Both the position numbers and the translations under genes were made by a program. Positions 40,062 to 49,649 of a stretch of DNA of 64,000 nt are shown piece by piece (the stretch's first letter is position 1; each line of letters starts with the position of its first letter). The stretch covers positions 29,272 through 93,271 of the forward strand of contig JBAYKU010000001.1 of the NCBI GenBank assembly GCA_041664425.1, given 5' to 3'. The notes under the pieces are model-generated. The model was not told the DNA's origin, searched no databases, and worked only from the letters and a program-made list of their open reading frames with translations. The DNA comes from Minisyncoccota bacterium. Its GTDB lineage: Bacteria > Patescibacteriota > Minisyncoccia > Phycocordibacterales > XYD1-FULL-46-19.

Positions 40062-41285
40062 ATGAACATCCTAGATATATTAGAAGAAACATATTCCGCC
40101 TTGTCTGCTAATAAGGTCCGCTCCGGTTTGACCGTTTTAGGCATTGTAATTGGTATTAGTTCGGTTATTGCCATGTTGGCTATCGGCCAAGGGGCCCAGA
40201 GCTCTATCCAGTCTAGTATTCAGTCTATTGGCTCAAACCTGATTTTGGTTATGCCAGGTACTCAGCGTGGTCCGGGTATGATGGTTAGCTCTGGTCGTGG
40301 TTCAGCAAAATCTTTGAAATTATCTGACGCTGAAGCTATTAGCAAGAGTGTTTCCTCGATTAAGGCTGTCGCCCCAGAAGTCACTAGTCGCTATCAATTA
40401 TCAGCTAAGGGTAACAACACTAATACTTCGGTGACAGGGACAGTCCCTGCTTATCAGGAGGTACGCAATGTAACAGTCGAAGAAGGCGTCTTTGTCTCAG
40501 ATCAAAATGTCAAAGCTGGTAGTAAAGTGGCGGTTCTCGGCCCAACCACTAGAGACGACTTGTTTGGTGAGGGAGCCAATGTCATCGGTCAGACTGTTAG
40601 AATCAAGGGAATTGATTTTAAGGTTATTGGCATTACTAAATCAAAAGGAAGTTCTGGTATGGGCAATCAAGACGATGTCGTCTTTATCCCCATTAGTGTG
40701 GCTCAGCGTTATTTTTCTGGTGACGAATACGTTAGCACTATCAGCGTCTCGGCTATTAGCCAGGATGTTTCTACTACTGTTCAGGAAGATATCACCACGC
40801 TTTTAACTACTCTACATAAAATAAGGAGTAATCAATCTCTGGATTTCAGTATCATGAACCAGGCCGATATTGCCTCAGCGGCTTCTAGTGTGACCCAAAT
40901 CTTTACTATTCTTCTCGGCTCAGTGGCAGGAATTTCTTTGATTGTTGGTGGTATCGGTATTATGAATATGATGTTAACGACAGTGACAGAGCGTACTCGC
41001 GAAATTGGTTTACGTAAGGCGATCGGGGCCAAGAGGCGGGATATTAGTCTGCAATTTTTGATTGAAGCCGTAGTTCTAACTTTTCTGGGAGGGTTTATTG
41101 GAATTGTTTTGGGCTGGTCAGCGGCTTTTTTAGTGACCTATTTTGGTTTATTAGAAACCGTAGTCTCCACCTCTTCGATTGTTTTGGCTTTCGGTGTTTC
41201 GGCTGCGATTGGTATCGTGTTTGGTTATTATCCAGCGCGACGAGCCGCCGGGCTTAATCCTATTGATGCTCTTAGATATGAGTAA
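40062..41285 (+). CDS. ABC transporter permease (MacB/FtsX family)
   Basis: N-terminal TM, large periplasmic MacB_PCD domain, C-terminal FtsX four-TM region. Confidence 0.8.
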   Translation: MNILDILEETYSALSANKVRSGLTVLGIVIGISSVIAMLAIGQGAQSSIQSSIQSIGSNLILVMPGTQRGPGMMVSSGRGSAKSLKLSDAEAISKSVSSIKAVAPEVTSRYQLSAKGNNTNTSVTGTVPAYQEVRNVTVEEGVFVSDQNVKAGSKVAVLGPTTRDDLFGEGANVIGQTVRIKGIDFKVIGITKSKGSSGMGNQDDVVFIPISVAQRYFSGDEYVSTISVSAISQDVSTTVQEDITTLLTTLHKIRSNQSLDFSIMNQADIASAASSVTQIFTILLGSVAGISLIVGGIGIMNMMLTTVTERTREIGLRKAIGAKRRDISLQFLIEAVVLTFLGGFIGIVLGWSAAFLVTYFGLLETVVSTSSIVLAFGVSAAIGIVFGYYPARRAAGLNPIDALRYE

Positions 41286-41324
41286 GAATTAATTATAATA
41301 TTATAAATTTTTTAAAAAAATTCT

Positions 41325-41759
41325 ATGAATAAATATTTAAGTAAAAGAAATCAAATCATAATAGGGGCCGTCATTATCTTTTTAGTGGCTGGCTATGGTG
41401 GATATAAAATTGGCCAAAGTAAAAGAGTTACAGGCGGCCAATTTGGCTCTAATAGTAGGATGGGGCAGGGGATGACAGGTCGCAAGCCAGCCGGTTTTGC
41501 CACTGGTGATATTTTGTCTAGGGATACTAATGGGGTAACTATTAAGCTTCGCAATGGTGGCTCTCAAATTATTCTAGTTTCTCCTTCAACCGAAGTGTCA
41601 AAAATGTCACCGACTGATCAGTCTGAGTTAGCCATTGGCAAATCTATTATTGCCAATGGTAAAACTAACGCCGATGGTAGCGTGACGGCTACAACGATTC
41701 AGATCCGTCCCAATACCCCCGTTCCAATGGGTGGCCAGGGTGGGCCGATTGGTAACTAG
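41325..41759 (+). CDS. Hypothetical exported protein
   Basis: 144-aa ORF with N-terminal TM or signal, Gly-rich. Confidence 0.45.
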   Translation: MNKYLSKRNQIIIGAVIIFLVAGYGGYKIGQSKRVTGGQFGSNSRMGQGMTGRKPAGFATGDILSRDTNGVTIKLRNGGSQIILVSPSTEVSKMSPTDQSELAIGKSIIANGKTNADGSVTATTIQIRPNTPVPMGGQGGPIGN

Positions 41760-41775
41760 TCTATTCTTTAAAATA

Positions 41776-41845
41776 ACCACCCCGCCCTCTCTATATGGTA
41801 ATAAAATAAAGTTTAGTTTAGTAGAAGAAGAGAGGGCGGGGTGGT
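41776..41845. terminator. Strong 16-bp stem hairpin (accaccccgccctctc / gagagggcggggtggt) with a 38-nt loop, followed by T-rich sequence
   Basis: Perfect complementarity of the two arms. Confidence 0.45.
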
Positions 41846-41883
41846 TTTGCTTTTATGGCAGTCTTATGCCATCATAGGAATAT

Positions 41884-42483
41884 ATGGATTTAAATACCTA
41901 TATTTTTATTGGTCGCTCTGGTTGTGGTAAGGGGACTCAGGTGGAGAAACTGGCTGAGCATTTAACCGAACAGGGGATAATAACCGTTGAACATCCTTGG
42001 CTTCGGATTGAAACTGGGGCCCATTTTCGTAAAATTGTCGAAACTGGTGGCTATACTGCCAAAATGTTGAAGGCTGGTATGGAGGCCGGTGAGCGTCTGC
42101 CAGATAATTTTGCTATTTGGACCTGGACCGGTTTTTTGTTTGATAAATTTACCGGCAATGAACATATTTTTTGCGACGGCTGTCCTCGATCTCTGGTTGA
42201 AGCCAAGGCTCTAGATTTACTATTAAAATTTTACCGACGTTCAAAACCGATTGTTTTTTATATCGATGTTTCTCGCGAAGAAACTAAAAAAAGGCTTTTG
42301 GCGCGTGGCCGAGCTGATGACCAATCAGAAGATATTGATCGACGTTTAGATTGGTTTGATAAAGATGTTCTGCCGGCGGTTGAGTATTATGAACAAAATC
42401 CCGACTATCATTTTATTCGTATCAATGGTGAACAGCCTATCGAGGATGTCAGTAAAGATTTATTGGCTAGCCTGAAAGTATGA
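41884..42483 (+). CDS. adk: Adenylate kinase (divergent)
   Basis: GRSGCGKGTQ P-loop and RGRADD LID-like motif. Precedes map, as in spc-alpha clusters. Confidence 0.7.
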   Translation: MDLNTYIFIGRSGCGKGTQVEKLAEHLTEQGIITVEHPWLRIETGAHFRKIVETGGYTAKMLKAGMEAGERLPDNFAIWTWTGFLFDKFTGNEHIFCDGCPRSLVEAKALDLLLKFYRRSKPIVFYIDVSREETKKRLLARGRADDQSEDIDRRLDWFDKDVLPAVEYYEQNPDYHFIRINGEQPIEDVSKDLLASLKV

Positions 42484-43241
42484 TCACGATTAAAACGCCA
42501 CAAGAGATCTCTGCTCTAAAAGAGGGGGGAAAGATTCTAGCTGAAGTCCTGACAGTGGTGGCTGAAAAAGCGGTGGCTGGTGTTAAAACTTTTGAACTCG
42601 ATACTCTGGCTTATGAGATGATTACCAAAGCGGGCGGTAAGCCGGCTTTTTTGCATTATCAACCTGAAGGTTCTCCGTCTGATTACCCCGCCTCTCTTTG
42701 TGTTTCGATTAATGATGAGATTGTCCACGGCATACCTAGTGATCGCCGATTAAAAAATGGTGATATCGTTGGGCTCGACTTGGGTTTGGAATATAAAGGT
42801 CTGTTTACTGATATGGCGGTGACGGTAGCAGTGGGTAAAATTAGTACTGAAGATAAAAAATTGATCAATGTCGCTAAACAAGCTTTGGCTATTGGTATCA
42901 ACGCCATAAAACCCGGCGCTAAGATCGGCGATGTTAGTTATTCCATTGAATCTTATGTCAAAAAAGAAGGTCTGAACGTCGTGCGCGGTCTGGCTGGGCA
43001 TGGTGTCGGCTATTCTCCTCATGAAGATCCCTTTATTCCTAATTATGGCAAGGCGGGAGCAGGCGAAACTATCGAGGAGGGAATGGTGCTAGCCATTGAA
43101 CCGATGGTGACGGCTGGTAGTGGTGCTATTAAACTTCTCTCTGATGACTGGACTTTTGTCACTAAGACTGGCCTACGGAGTAGTCATTTTGAGCATACGG
43201 TAGTGGTGACGGCTAAGGGGGCAGAAATTTTAACTAAATAA
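42480..43241 (+). CDS. map: Methionine aminopeptidase type I
   Basis: Conserved pita-bread fold motifs. 253 aa. Confidence 0.9.
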   Translation: MITIKTPQEISALKEGGKILAEVLTVVAEKAVAGVKTFELDTLAYEMITKAGGKPAFLHYQPEGSPSDYPASLCVSINDEIVHGIPSDRRLKNGDIVGLDLGLEYKGLFTDMAVTVAVGKISTEDKKLINVAKQALAIGINAIKPGAKIGDVSYSIESYVKKEGLNVVRGLAGHGVGYSPHEDPFIPNYGKAGAGETIEEGMVLAIEPMVTAGSGAIKLLSDDWTFVTKTGLRSSHFEHTVVVTAKGAEILTK

Positions 43242-43265
43242 AATTAAAAGTTAAAAAATAATCGT

Positions 43266-43850
43266 ATGAATCCTAAAGAAGAACGCACATATCTAATGAT
43301 TAAACCAGATGGTGTTCGCAAGGGTTTAATCGGGGAAATTATTAAAAGAATCGAACAGCGAGATCTCAAAGTGGTGGCTTTAGAAATGTTTCAGCCGACT
43401 GTTGATCAAATTGATAACCATTATCCTAAAGATGAAGCTTGGATCAAACGCTTAGGTAGCAAGACGATGAACACCTACAATAAGTATGGTTTTGATCCGA
43501 TTGAAGAAATTGGCACGGCCGATGAAATGGAAATTGGAAAAAAGGTTCGTGGTTGGCTGATTGATTATATGACCTCGGCCCCGCTGGTGAAGATGGTTAT
43601 TCAGGGGATTCATGCTGTTGATGTGGTACGCAAAATTGCTGGCCCGACCATTCCCGCCACGGCTGATATGGGCACAATTAGAGGAGATTTCTCTATTGAT
43701 TCGCCTGTTTTGGCCAACAAAGAAAAGCGAGCTGTTATGAACTTGATTCATGCCTCAGAAACGCCCGAAGAAGCTGAACACGAAATTAAACACTGGTTTA
43801 GTGATAATTCGGCTATTTGTAATTACAAGCGTTTTGGGGTTGATGAATAG
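43266..43850 (+). CDS. ndk: Nucleoside diphosphate kinase (long form)
   Basis: ERTYLMIKPDGV, TIRGDF and NLIHASE (His active site). Confidence 0.8.
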   Translation: MNPKEERTYLMIKPDGVRKGLIGEIIKRIEQRDLKVVALEMFQPTVDQIDNHYPKDEAWIKRLGSKTMNTYNKYGFDPIEEIGTADEMEIGKKVRGWLIDYMTSAPLVKMVIQGIHAVDVVRKIAGPTIPATADMGTIRGDFSIDSPVLANKEKRAVMNLIHASETPEEAEHEIKHWFSDNSAICNYKRFGVDE

Positions 43851-44165
43851 TGATTGGTCAGTTTTAGACAAAATTCCTTGGTAAAATCTTGTTTTGATCA
43901 CTAAAATTCAGTCTAATTGGCTAAAAAATTTGCTCCATAATTTTTCCGTGTATAATAACCTCGGCGACCGGTATATTATTTAGATCAAAACATATTTTTA
44001 GGGAGCCTTATATCGTCTTATTCTTAGGGGTAATGACTGCGGGCACCCACCTGGATTTATTCTAGGGTAATATTTCCGGTTGCCATCAAAAAATCACTCT
44101 ATGGGGAGTGATTTTTTGCTTTTTGTCCACTTTCACTATCTGTCCAATCGGTTATACTAGCTATA

Positions 44166-44602
44166 TGCGTTTTACTGTTTGGTATTGGTTGGCCGATCTG
44201 GCTTTGTTGGCCTTAATTTTCGGACTCAACTATCTCGCTTGGCAAAATTTTTGGTACTGGCGCTTTAGCCATTATGGTTTTGACAAGCTAATGCACGTCT
44301 TAGCCGGTCTGTTTATTGGCATAACTGTGACGGGTGTTTGGGTCTGGTGGCGAGAAAAACAACAACGACCCATGAAAGTGGGAGAATTGTTGGCCTGGAT
44401 CGGCTTGGCCGTTCTCGCCGTTGGTGGGGTGTGGGAAATCATCGAACGAGGCTATCGTCATCATGAATTCTTTTATTGGATTAAGCCTTTTACGAGAATG
44501 ACTGACGGCTGGATTGATTCTACCTTGGATTTTATTAGCGATTTATTAGGAGCTGGTCTAGGTGCTTTATCTTTTAAATTATGGAACAAAACAAAAAATT
44601 AA
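44166..44602 (+). CDS. Hypothetical polytopic membrane protein (VanZ-like?)
   Basis: ORF track start 44108 lies inside an upstream hairpin. The Met at 44166 (MRFTVWYW) is more plausible. Confidence 0.4.
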
Positions 44603-45960
44603 ATATTCATTTCTATGGCGGAGTGGGTAAAGTCACTGGTGCCAATTTTTTACTGGAACAACCTGGCGATGGGGGAAAGCAATTTTTGATTGATTGTGGT
44701 TTGATTCAGGGAACCAAATCTGATGAAAGGGAAAATTATGATCCTTTTGCTTATGATGTAAAAAAGATCGATGCTCTCTTTATTACTCATGCCCACCTTG
44801 ACCATATCGGCCGAATTCCTAAATTAGTAAAAATGGGCTACGAGGGACCAATCTATTCGACTGCTCCGACGATGGAAATTGCTGAAGTGTCACTGGCGGA
44901 CAGTATAAAACTTTTACAAAATGAGGCCAAGGAGGTTGAGCTACCTCCACTTTATGATGAAAACGATGCCAAAAAAGCCTTGTCACAATGGAAGACTTTG
45001 GAATATCATCAGCCGGTTCAGATTGGCGATTTTACGATTGTTTTGCGCGACTCGGGCCATATTTTAGGCTCCGCCATGATTGAGTTTATGTACCAGGGCA
45101 AAAAGATCGTCTTCACTGGCGACCTTGGTAATTCTCCGGCGCCATTGCTAAAAGACACCGAAGCAATTACTGATGCTGAGTATATGGTCATGGAGAGCGT
45201 TTACGGGGATCGCAATCATGAAAATCGCGAAGATCGTCGTCTTAAACTAGAAGATGTGATTGAAGAGACCATGCGTCGGGGTGGCACCTTGATGATCCCA
45301 GCTTTCTCCGTTGAGAGAACTCAGGAGTTGTTATTTGAGATTGAAAATATGATGGAAAGTTCTCGTATTCCCTTGGTCCCAGTGTATCTCGATTCACCTC
45401 TCGCTATTGCCGTGACGAGTATTTATAAAAAATATAGTAGTTATTTTAATAAGGAGGCCAATAGTATCCGTTTGGCTGGTGACGGCATCTTTACTTTTCC
45501 TCAGTTGCACATGACTCCGACTACCGAACAGTCCAAGGCAATTATGCGTGAGCCTGGTCGCAAGATTATTATTGCTGGCTCCGGTATGTCTTCTGGCGGA
45601 CGGATTATGCATCATGAAAGAAACTATTTGCCTGATCCTAAAAGTAATTTGCTTTTGGCCGGCTATCAGCAGGTGGGTAGTCTCGGTCGCCAATTGCAAG
45701 ATGGTGCCAAAATGGTCAGAATTCATGGTGAGGATGTGTCGGTAAATGCTCATGTTGAAAGTATCCATGGTTATTCTGCTCATAAAGATATGGATCATCT
45801 AATTGAATTTGTAGATGGAACAGATGCTACTTTAAAGAAAGTTTTTGTTTGTATGGGGGAGCCAAAATCCTCCCTTTTCCTGGCTCAAAGGATCAAAGAT
45901 TATCTCGGTATTAATGCGGTTGTGCCTGAGGAAGGACAGACTATTGAGATAGAAATTTAA
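44581..45960 (+). CDS. MBL-fold beta-CASP ribonuclease (RNase J-like / CPSF family)
   Basis: HAHLDHIG motif and beta-CASP region. 459 aa. Confidence 0.7.
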   Translation: MEQNKKLNIHFYGGVGKVTGANFLLEQPGDGGKQFLIDCGLIQGTKSDERENYDPFAYDVKKIDALFITHAHLDHIGRIPKLVKMGYEGPIYSTAPTMEIAEVSLADSIKLLQNEAKEVELPPLYDENDAKKALSQWKTLEYHQPVQIGDFTIVLRDSGHILGSAMIEFMYQGKKIVFTGDLGNSPAPLLKDTEAITDAEYMVMESVYGDRNHENREDRRLKLEDVIEETMRRGGTLMIPAFSVERTQELLFEIENMMESSRIPLVPVYLDSPLAIAVTSIYKKYSSYFNKEANSIRLAGDGIFTFPQLHMTPTTEQSKAIMREPGRKIIIAGSGMSSGGRIMHHERNYLPDPKSNLLLAGYQQVGSLGRQLQDGAKMVRIHGEDVSVNAHVESIHGYSAHKDMDHLIEFVDGTDATLKKVFVCMGEPKSSLFLAQRIKDYLGINAVVPEEGQTIEIEI

Positions 45961-45974
45961 TTTAAAATAAAAAA

Positions 45975-46556
45975 ATGACCGAAATAAAAAATGAATTACG
46001 TGATCAGCATTTGCGAGTAAAAATCTGCGTTTCTGGCGCGGCGGAAACTGCTTATTGTGGAGAGGGGGCACTGGAATTGGCCTTGGAATTGGGGCGAGAA
46101 ATTGCTCGCCAGGGAGCAGAGATTACTACTGGCGCTACCACCGGTTTTCCCCTCTGGGCGGCACGTGGGGCCAAAGAAGCCGGTGGTAGATCGATTGGCT
46201 TATCGCCAGCCGAGACCGAAAAAGAGCATGTCGAGGGATATAAACTACCATTAGAATATATGGATGATATTATTTATACTGGCCAAGGTTACCCCGGGCG
46301 CGATATTTTACTGACCAGAGCCTCAGATGCCGTGATTCTGGGCTGTGGCCGAATCGGAACTATTCACGAATTTGCCGTGGCCTTTGAAGACGGTAAGCCA
46401 CTCGGTATTCTCCAGGGACCTTGGGATATGGATGAAACCTTACAATTGATTTTAGAACGAGCTCATCGTCCGAACGACAGTATCGTTTTTGATCCAGACC
46501 CAAAAAGTCTAGTAGAAAAAATCCTCAAAATGGTAGAAGAGAGGAAGATGAAGTAA
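45975..46556 (+). CDS. LOG family / TIGR00725 Rossmann-fold protein
   Basis: GGYGTLEE-like region GCGRIGTIHE and an N-terminal Rossmann GxGxxG-like motif. Confidence 0.55.
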   Translation: MTEIKNELRDQHLRVKICVSGAAETAYCGEGALELALELGREIARQGAEITTGATTGFPLWAARGAKEAGGRSIGLSPAETEKEHVEGYKLPLEYMDDIIYTGQGYPGRDILLTRASDAVILGCGRIGTIHEFAVAFEDGKPLGILQGPWDMDETLQLILERAHRPNDSIVFDPDPKSLVEKILKMVEERKMK

Positions 46557-46567
46557 CAAAAAACCCC

Positions 46568-46603
46568 GGCATCTCGCGATGTCGGGGTTTTTTAAGTTTT
46601 ATT
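46568..46603. terminator. Bidirectional terminator between the LOG gene and rplT
   Basis: aaaaaaccccggcatc-tcgcga-gatgtcggggtttttt. Confidence 0.65.
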
Positions 46604-46943
46604 GAGCGTTGGCGATAAGTTTAGCGAAGGTATCTGGAGCAGACTGGGCGATTTCGGACAGAACCTTGCGGTTGAGCTTGATGCCTTTTTTCTTTAGGCC
46701 ACCCATCAATTTGCTATAGGAAGTCCCGGCTGAGACGGCGCTAGCGCCAATGCGGGTCTGCCACAAGCCTCGGAAGTCAGCTTTTTTGTCGCGACGAGCG
46801 ACAAAGGCGTGAACACCAGCCTTGACGATAGCCACCTTGGCTTCGCGCTCCTTGGTGCTACGGCCGAAGCGGTAGCCTTTAACCTTGGACAGGGTGTTAC
46901 GACGGGTTTTATTGGAAATTGTTCCTCGTTTAACTCGGGTCAT
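46599..46943 (-). CDS. rplT: 50S ribosomal protein L20
   Basis: MTRVKRGTISNKTRRNTL. Confidence 0.9.
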   Translation of the reverse strand: MTRVKRGTISNKTRRNTLSKVKGYRFGRSTKEREAKVAIVKAGVHAFVARRDKKADFRGLWQTRIGASAVSAGTSYSKLMGGLKKKGIKLNRKVLSEIAQSAPDTFAKLIANAQ

Positions 46944-46948
46944 GGTAT

Positions 46949-47134
46949 TTAGTTAGTTTGCAGAAACTTGCTTTTATCTTTGTTTTTAATAGCGAAAGAA
47001 ACCATCTTTTTGCCGGCCAACTGGCTACTGCGGGAGGCCTTGGCGTTGAAGTGGTTTTTACCTGGTTTACGAGCTAAAACCTTACCATTTTTGGTCAGTC
47101 TTAGGCGTTTACTGTATGACTTATTAGTTTTCAT
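46949..47134 (-). CDS. rpmI: 50S ribosomal protein L35
   Basis: 61 aa, basic. Conserved position between infC and rplT. Confidence 0.85.
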   Translation of the reverse strand: MKTNKSYSKRLRLTKNGKVLARKPGKNHFNAKASRSSQLAGKKMVSFAIKNKDKSKFLQTN

Positions 47135-47183
47135 AAGACCTATATAATATACAGGAAAAATTAGCTTTGTCCAGCCTGCACAC

Positions 47184-47300
47184 CAATAATGGCATAGTGC
47201 TTATTTTTATTAGGAGAACGCTCGGGCCTCTTTTTAACTAGATTGTTAAACTTAGAAATAAATCCAATTAGGCACAAAAATGATGCCACTATTGGTGTGC
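47184..47300 (-). promoter_or_regulatory. Possible L20-leader-like long-range pairing between the infC 3' end and the infC-rpmI spacer
   Basis: cctgcacaccaataatggc (47184-47202) is the reverse complement, with 1 mismatch, of gccactattggtgtgcagg (47281-47299). Confidence 0.3.
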
Positions 47301-47822
47301 AGGTTTGGCGTTGCGGTCTCTTTCAATGACTACAGTGATACCCTTGGGGCTCTTTTGGGCTGGATCGGAGATCTTGAAGTCCTCGCTGATCAGCTTGAGC
47401 ATACGCTCTAGACGCTCGTGGAGGAACTTAGGATCGAGGTATTTGGCTCGGCCAGGGAGGAAAAGGTTGATTTTGACCCGGTGGCCGTCGTGGAGGAACT
47501 CCGAGGCCTTTTTAGCCTTCATTTCGAGGTCGTGCTCGCCGGTACCGATTTTGACCTGGAGAGATTTGGTTTCGGTAGTATGGACTTTGGCTCGGGATTC
47601 TCGAGCTTTGCGATCCTGAATATATTGGTATTTGCCGAAATCCATGATTTTGGCCACAGGTGGGACCGCGTCAGGGGAGATTTCAATCAAGTCAGCTTCA
47701 CGCTCCTCGGCCAAAGCCAAGGCGTCAGCCAAAGACAAAACACCCAAGTTGCCTTCCTGGTCGTCAATGACCCGGAGCTCCTGGGCGCGAATTTCTTTAT
47801 TGATGCGGACGCGATTACTCAA
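47289..47822 (-). CDS. infC: Translation initiation factor IF-3; non-ATG (TTG) start in the ORF track
   Basis: NKEIRAQELRVIDDQGNLGV... The in-frame upstream sequence has a stop and no ATG. Confidence 0.85.
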   Translation of the reverse strand: MSNRVRINKEIRAQELRVIDDQEGNLGVLSLADALALAEEREADLIEISPDAVPPVAKIMDFGKYQYIQDRKARESRAKVHTTETKSLQVKIGTGEHDLEMKAKKASEFLHDGHRVKINLFLPGRAKYLDPKFLHERLERMLKLISEDFKISDPAQKSPKGITVVIERDRNAKPAHQ

Positions 47823-47893
47823 GTTGCTACTATCTTAACAAAAATAGGCAAAAAGACAAGACAAAAGACAATATATGTTATTATATTGATGTT

Positions 47894-48334
47894 ATGAATT
47901 TAGCCGAAAACAAGAAATTCTATCTCCAATACGAGGCTCTAGAAGAATACGAAACGGGTATTGAGCTTTTAGGCTTGGAAGTAAAATCCATCAAGGCCGG
48001 TCATATGGTCCTCGAGGGGGCCAGGGTTTTAGTCCGGGGAGGAGAGGCTTTTTTGGTGGGGGCGACTGTACCGCCCTATCAGGTCAACAACACTCCCGCT
48101 GACTATGACCCGACTCGGGTTCGGCGCCTACTTTTAACTAGAAAGCAGATAGTTGAGCTCTATGATCAAGGTGAACAGCGAGGATTGACAATAGTGCCTA
48201 TTTCGGTGTATAATAAACATAACCTAATCAAGCTCAAAATCGCGGTGGCGCGCGGTAAGAAAAAATACGACAAACGCCAAGATATCAAGAAGCGCGATGT
48301 CGAGCGCGAAATAGGCCGCACTTTGAAAAGATAG
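47894..48334 (+). CDS. smpB: SsrA-binding protein SmpB
   Basis: Conserved SmpB. 146 aa. Confidence 0.9.
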   Translation: MNLAENKKFYLQYEALEEYETGIELLGLEVKSIKAGHMVLEGARVLVRGGEAFLVGATVPPYQVNNTPADYDPTRVRRLLLTRKQIVELYDQGEQRGLTIVPISVYNKHNLIKLKIAVARGKKKYDKRQDIKKRDVEREIGRTLKR

Positions 48335-48354
48335 TGTTTTTAATACGGGGATGA

Positions 48355-48741
48355 TCGGCTTTGATAGGAAGTCTCATTCTTCTAGTGTATGCCGAGGATT
48401 CTAACTGTCTCGTAAAATCTGTTAGAAAAATGCAAATGCCAACAATACTGGCAAAAGCGTAGTAAGTCCTTACTTCGCTCCGGCTTTCGCTCTAGCTTAG
48501 CTAGACCCATTGTCGGTGTTTACTCCAACGTTTCTTCCGGCTGGTTGGCAGTAAACATTTTCGCAAGTCGGAATCGTGCGCCAGAGGTGCTCCGCTCTGG
48601 TGACCTAAAATAATTGGAGATCGATTAAAAAGTTTTCTGTTCGTCTTATAGCTTTTTGATTTAAACAAATTAGACGATCTACGCATATAGAGTCTATTAG
48701 AGTGCCTTTTTACACGGCGGTTCGATTCCGCCCATCTCCAC
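48355..48741 (+). ncRNA. ssrA: tmRNA (ssrA)
   Basis: 5' end GGGGATGATCGGCTTTGATAGGAAGTC and 3' end GGCGGTTCGATTCCGCCCATCTCCAC (tRNA-like T-arm and acceptor with a G3-U wobble). An internal tag ORF ends ...APAFALA-stop. CCA is not encoded. Confidence 0.8.
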
Positions 48742-48756
48742 AAAGACAAAAACTCA

Positions 48757-48785
48757 GCCCGCAACAGCGGGCGATTTTTGTTTGT
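48757..48785 (+). terminator. Terminator after tmRNA
   Basis: gcccgc-aaca-gcgggc followed by gatttttgtttg. Confidence 0.5.
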
Positions 48786-48848
48786 GGAGATGGTGCGAGC
48801 AAACTGCTTTGCTTGTTTATGTTTTAAATTATCTGTTATGATTAGCCG

Positions 48849-49589
48849 ATGATTGATCAACAAAAAGCTAAAGAAGCTTATGATTCTTTTATTGAGAAAG
48901 CCGAGAACGATGGCCGAATTATCGGGATTATTTTATCTGGCGGGAGGGGAAAGGATGCCCAATCAGAGAACTCAGATTATGACGTTATTCTAATCACGAC
49001 AGACGAGGGGTTTGATTCTGTTAAGCAAGATTATCCCAAGAGTGATTTTATAGACTCACTACCCCACGCCATTTCTGAGTTTAGAGACTATGCCAAATCT
49101 GGTACCCGTAGCCAGTACGATAAATATACTTTTACTCACAACAAAGCTGTCCTCGATAAAACTGGCGAAATCCAAAAATTAGTTGACGACAAGGGTGCTC
49201 TAGAACCTGATTTTATAAAAAAAGCCGTCCACGACGCTCTCGGTGGTTATCAAAATTCTCTACATCGAGCTTTAAAAAATACTAGAGACGGTAACGTGTT
49301 GGCCGGTCTTTTAGATGCCAGTGAAACCATTCCTAGGATTTTAAATTTTATCTTTGCTCTGGAGGGGAGAGTCAGACCTTTTAATAAATTCTTAGCCTGG
49401 GAATTGGATAATTATCCTTTGGAAAAATTACCGATGGAATCGAAAGATCTTTTGTTAAAAATAGAAACCATTGCCAAGACAGGTGATGTCGAGATCCAAA
49501 AAGAAATTTTGGCCATGATTCGCCAAATGGCGATTGCCAATGGCTTTAGCGAAGAAATCGCTGATTGGGATGGATATTATTTTGGATAA
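48849..49589 (+). CDS. Nucleotidyltransferase, ANT(6)/AadK-like (aminoglycoside 6-adenylyltransferase family)
   Basis: DGRIIGIILSGGRGKD...DYDVILIT resembles the ANT(6) N-terminal NTase motif. Family assignment rests on pattern memory only. Confidence 0.4.
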   Translation: MIDQQKAKEAYDSFIEKAENDGRIIGIILSGGRGKDAQSENSDYDVILITTDEGFDSVKQDYPKSDFIDSLPHAISEFRDYAKSGTRSQYDKYTFTHNKAVLDKTGEIQKLVDDKGALEPDFIKKAVHDALGGYQNSLHRALKNTRDGNVLAGLLDASETIPRILNFIFALEGRVRPFNKFLAWELDNYPLEKLPMESKDLLLKIETIAKTGDVEIQKEILAMIRQMAIANGFSEEIADWDGYYFG

Positions 49590-49649
49590 TTATATCGTTT
49601 CCATCTTTTTTATTTTGTGTTATAAATACCGATAGGAATTGAATATCCG

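Noticed and set aside
41776-41845. Riboswitch or sRNA interpretation of the 16-bp-stem hairpin with a 38-nt loop before adk
   Set aside because: No recognisable conserved riboswitch core. It is more simply a terminator or REP-like hairpin and is listed as a feature only.
48501-48863. 120-aa minus-strand ORF from the six-frame track
   Set aside because: Lies antisense across the tmRNA gene (48355-48741) and its terminator. The tmRNA signatures are far stronger evidence.
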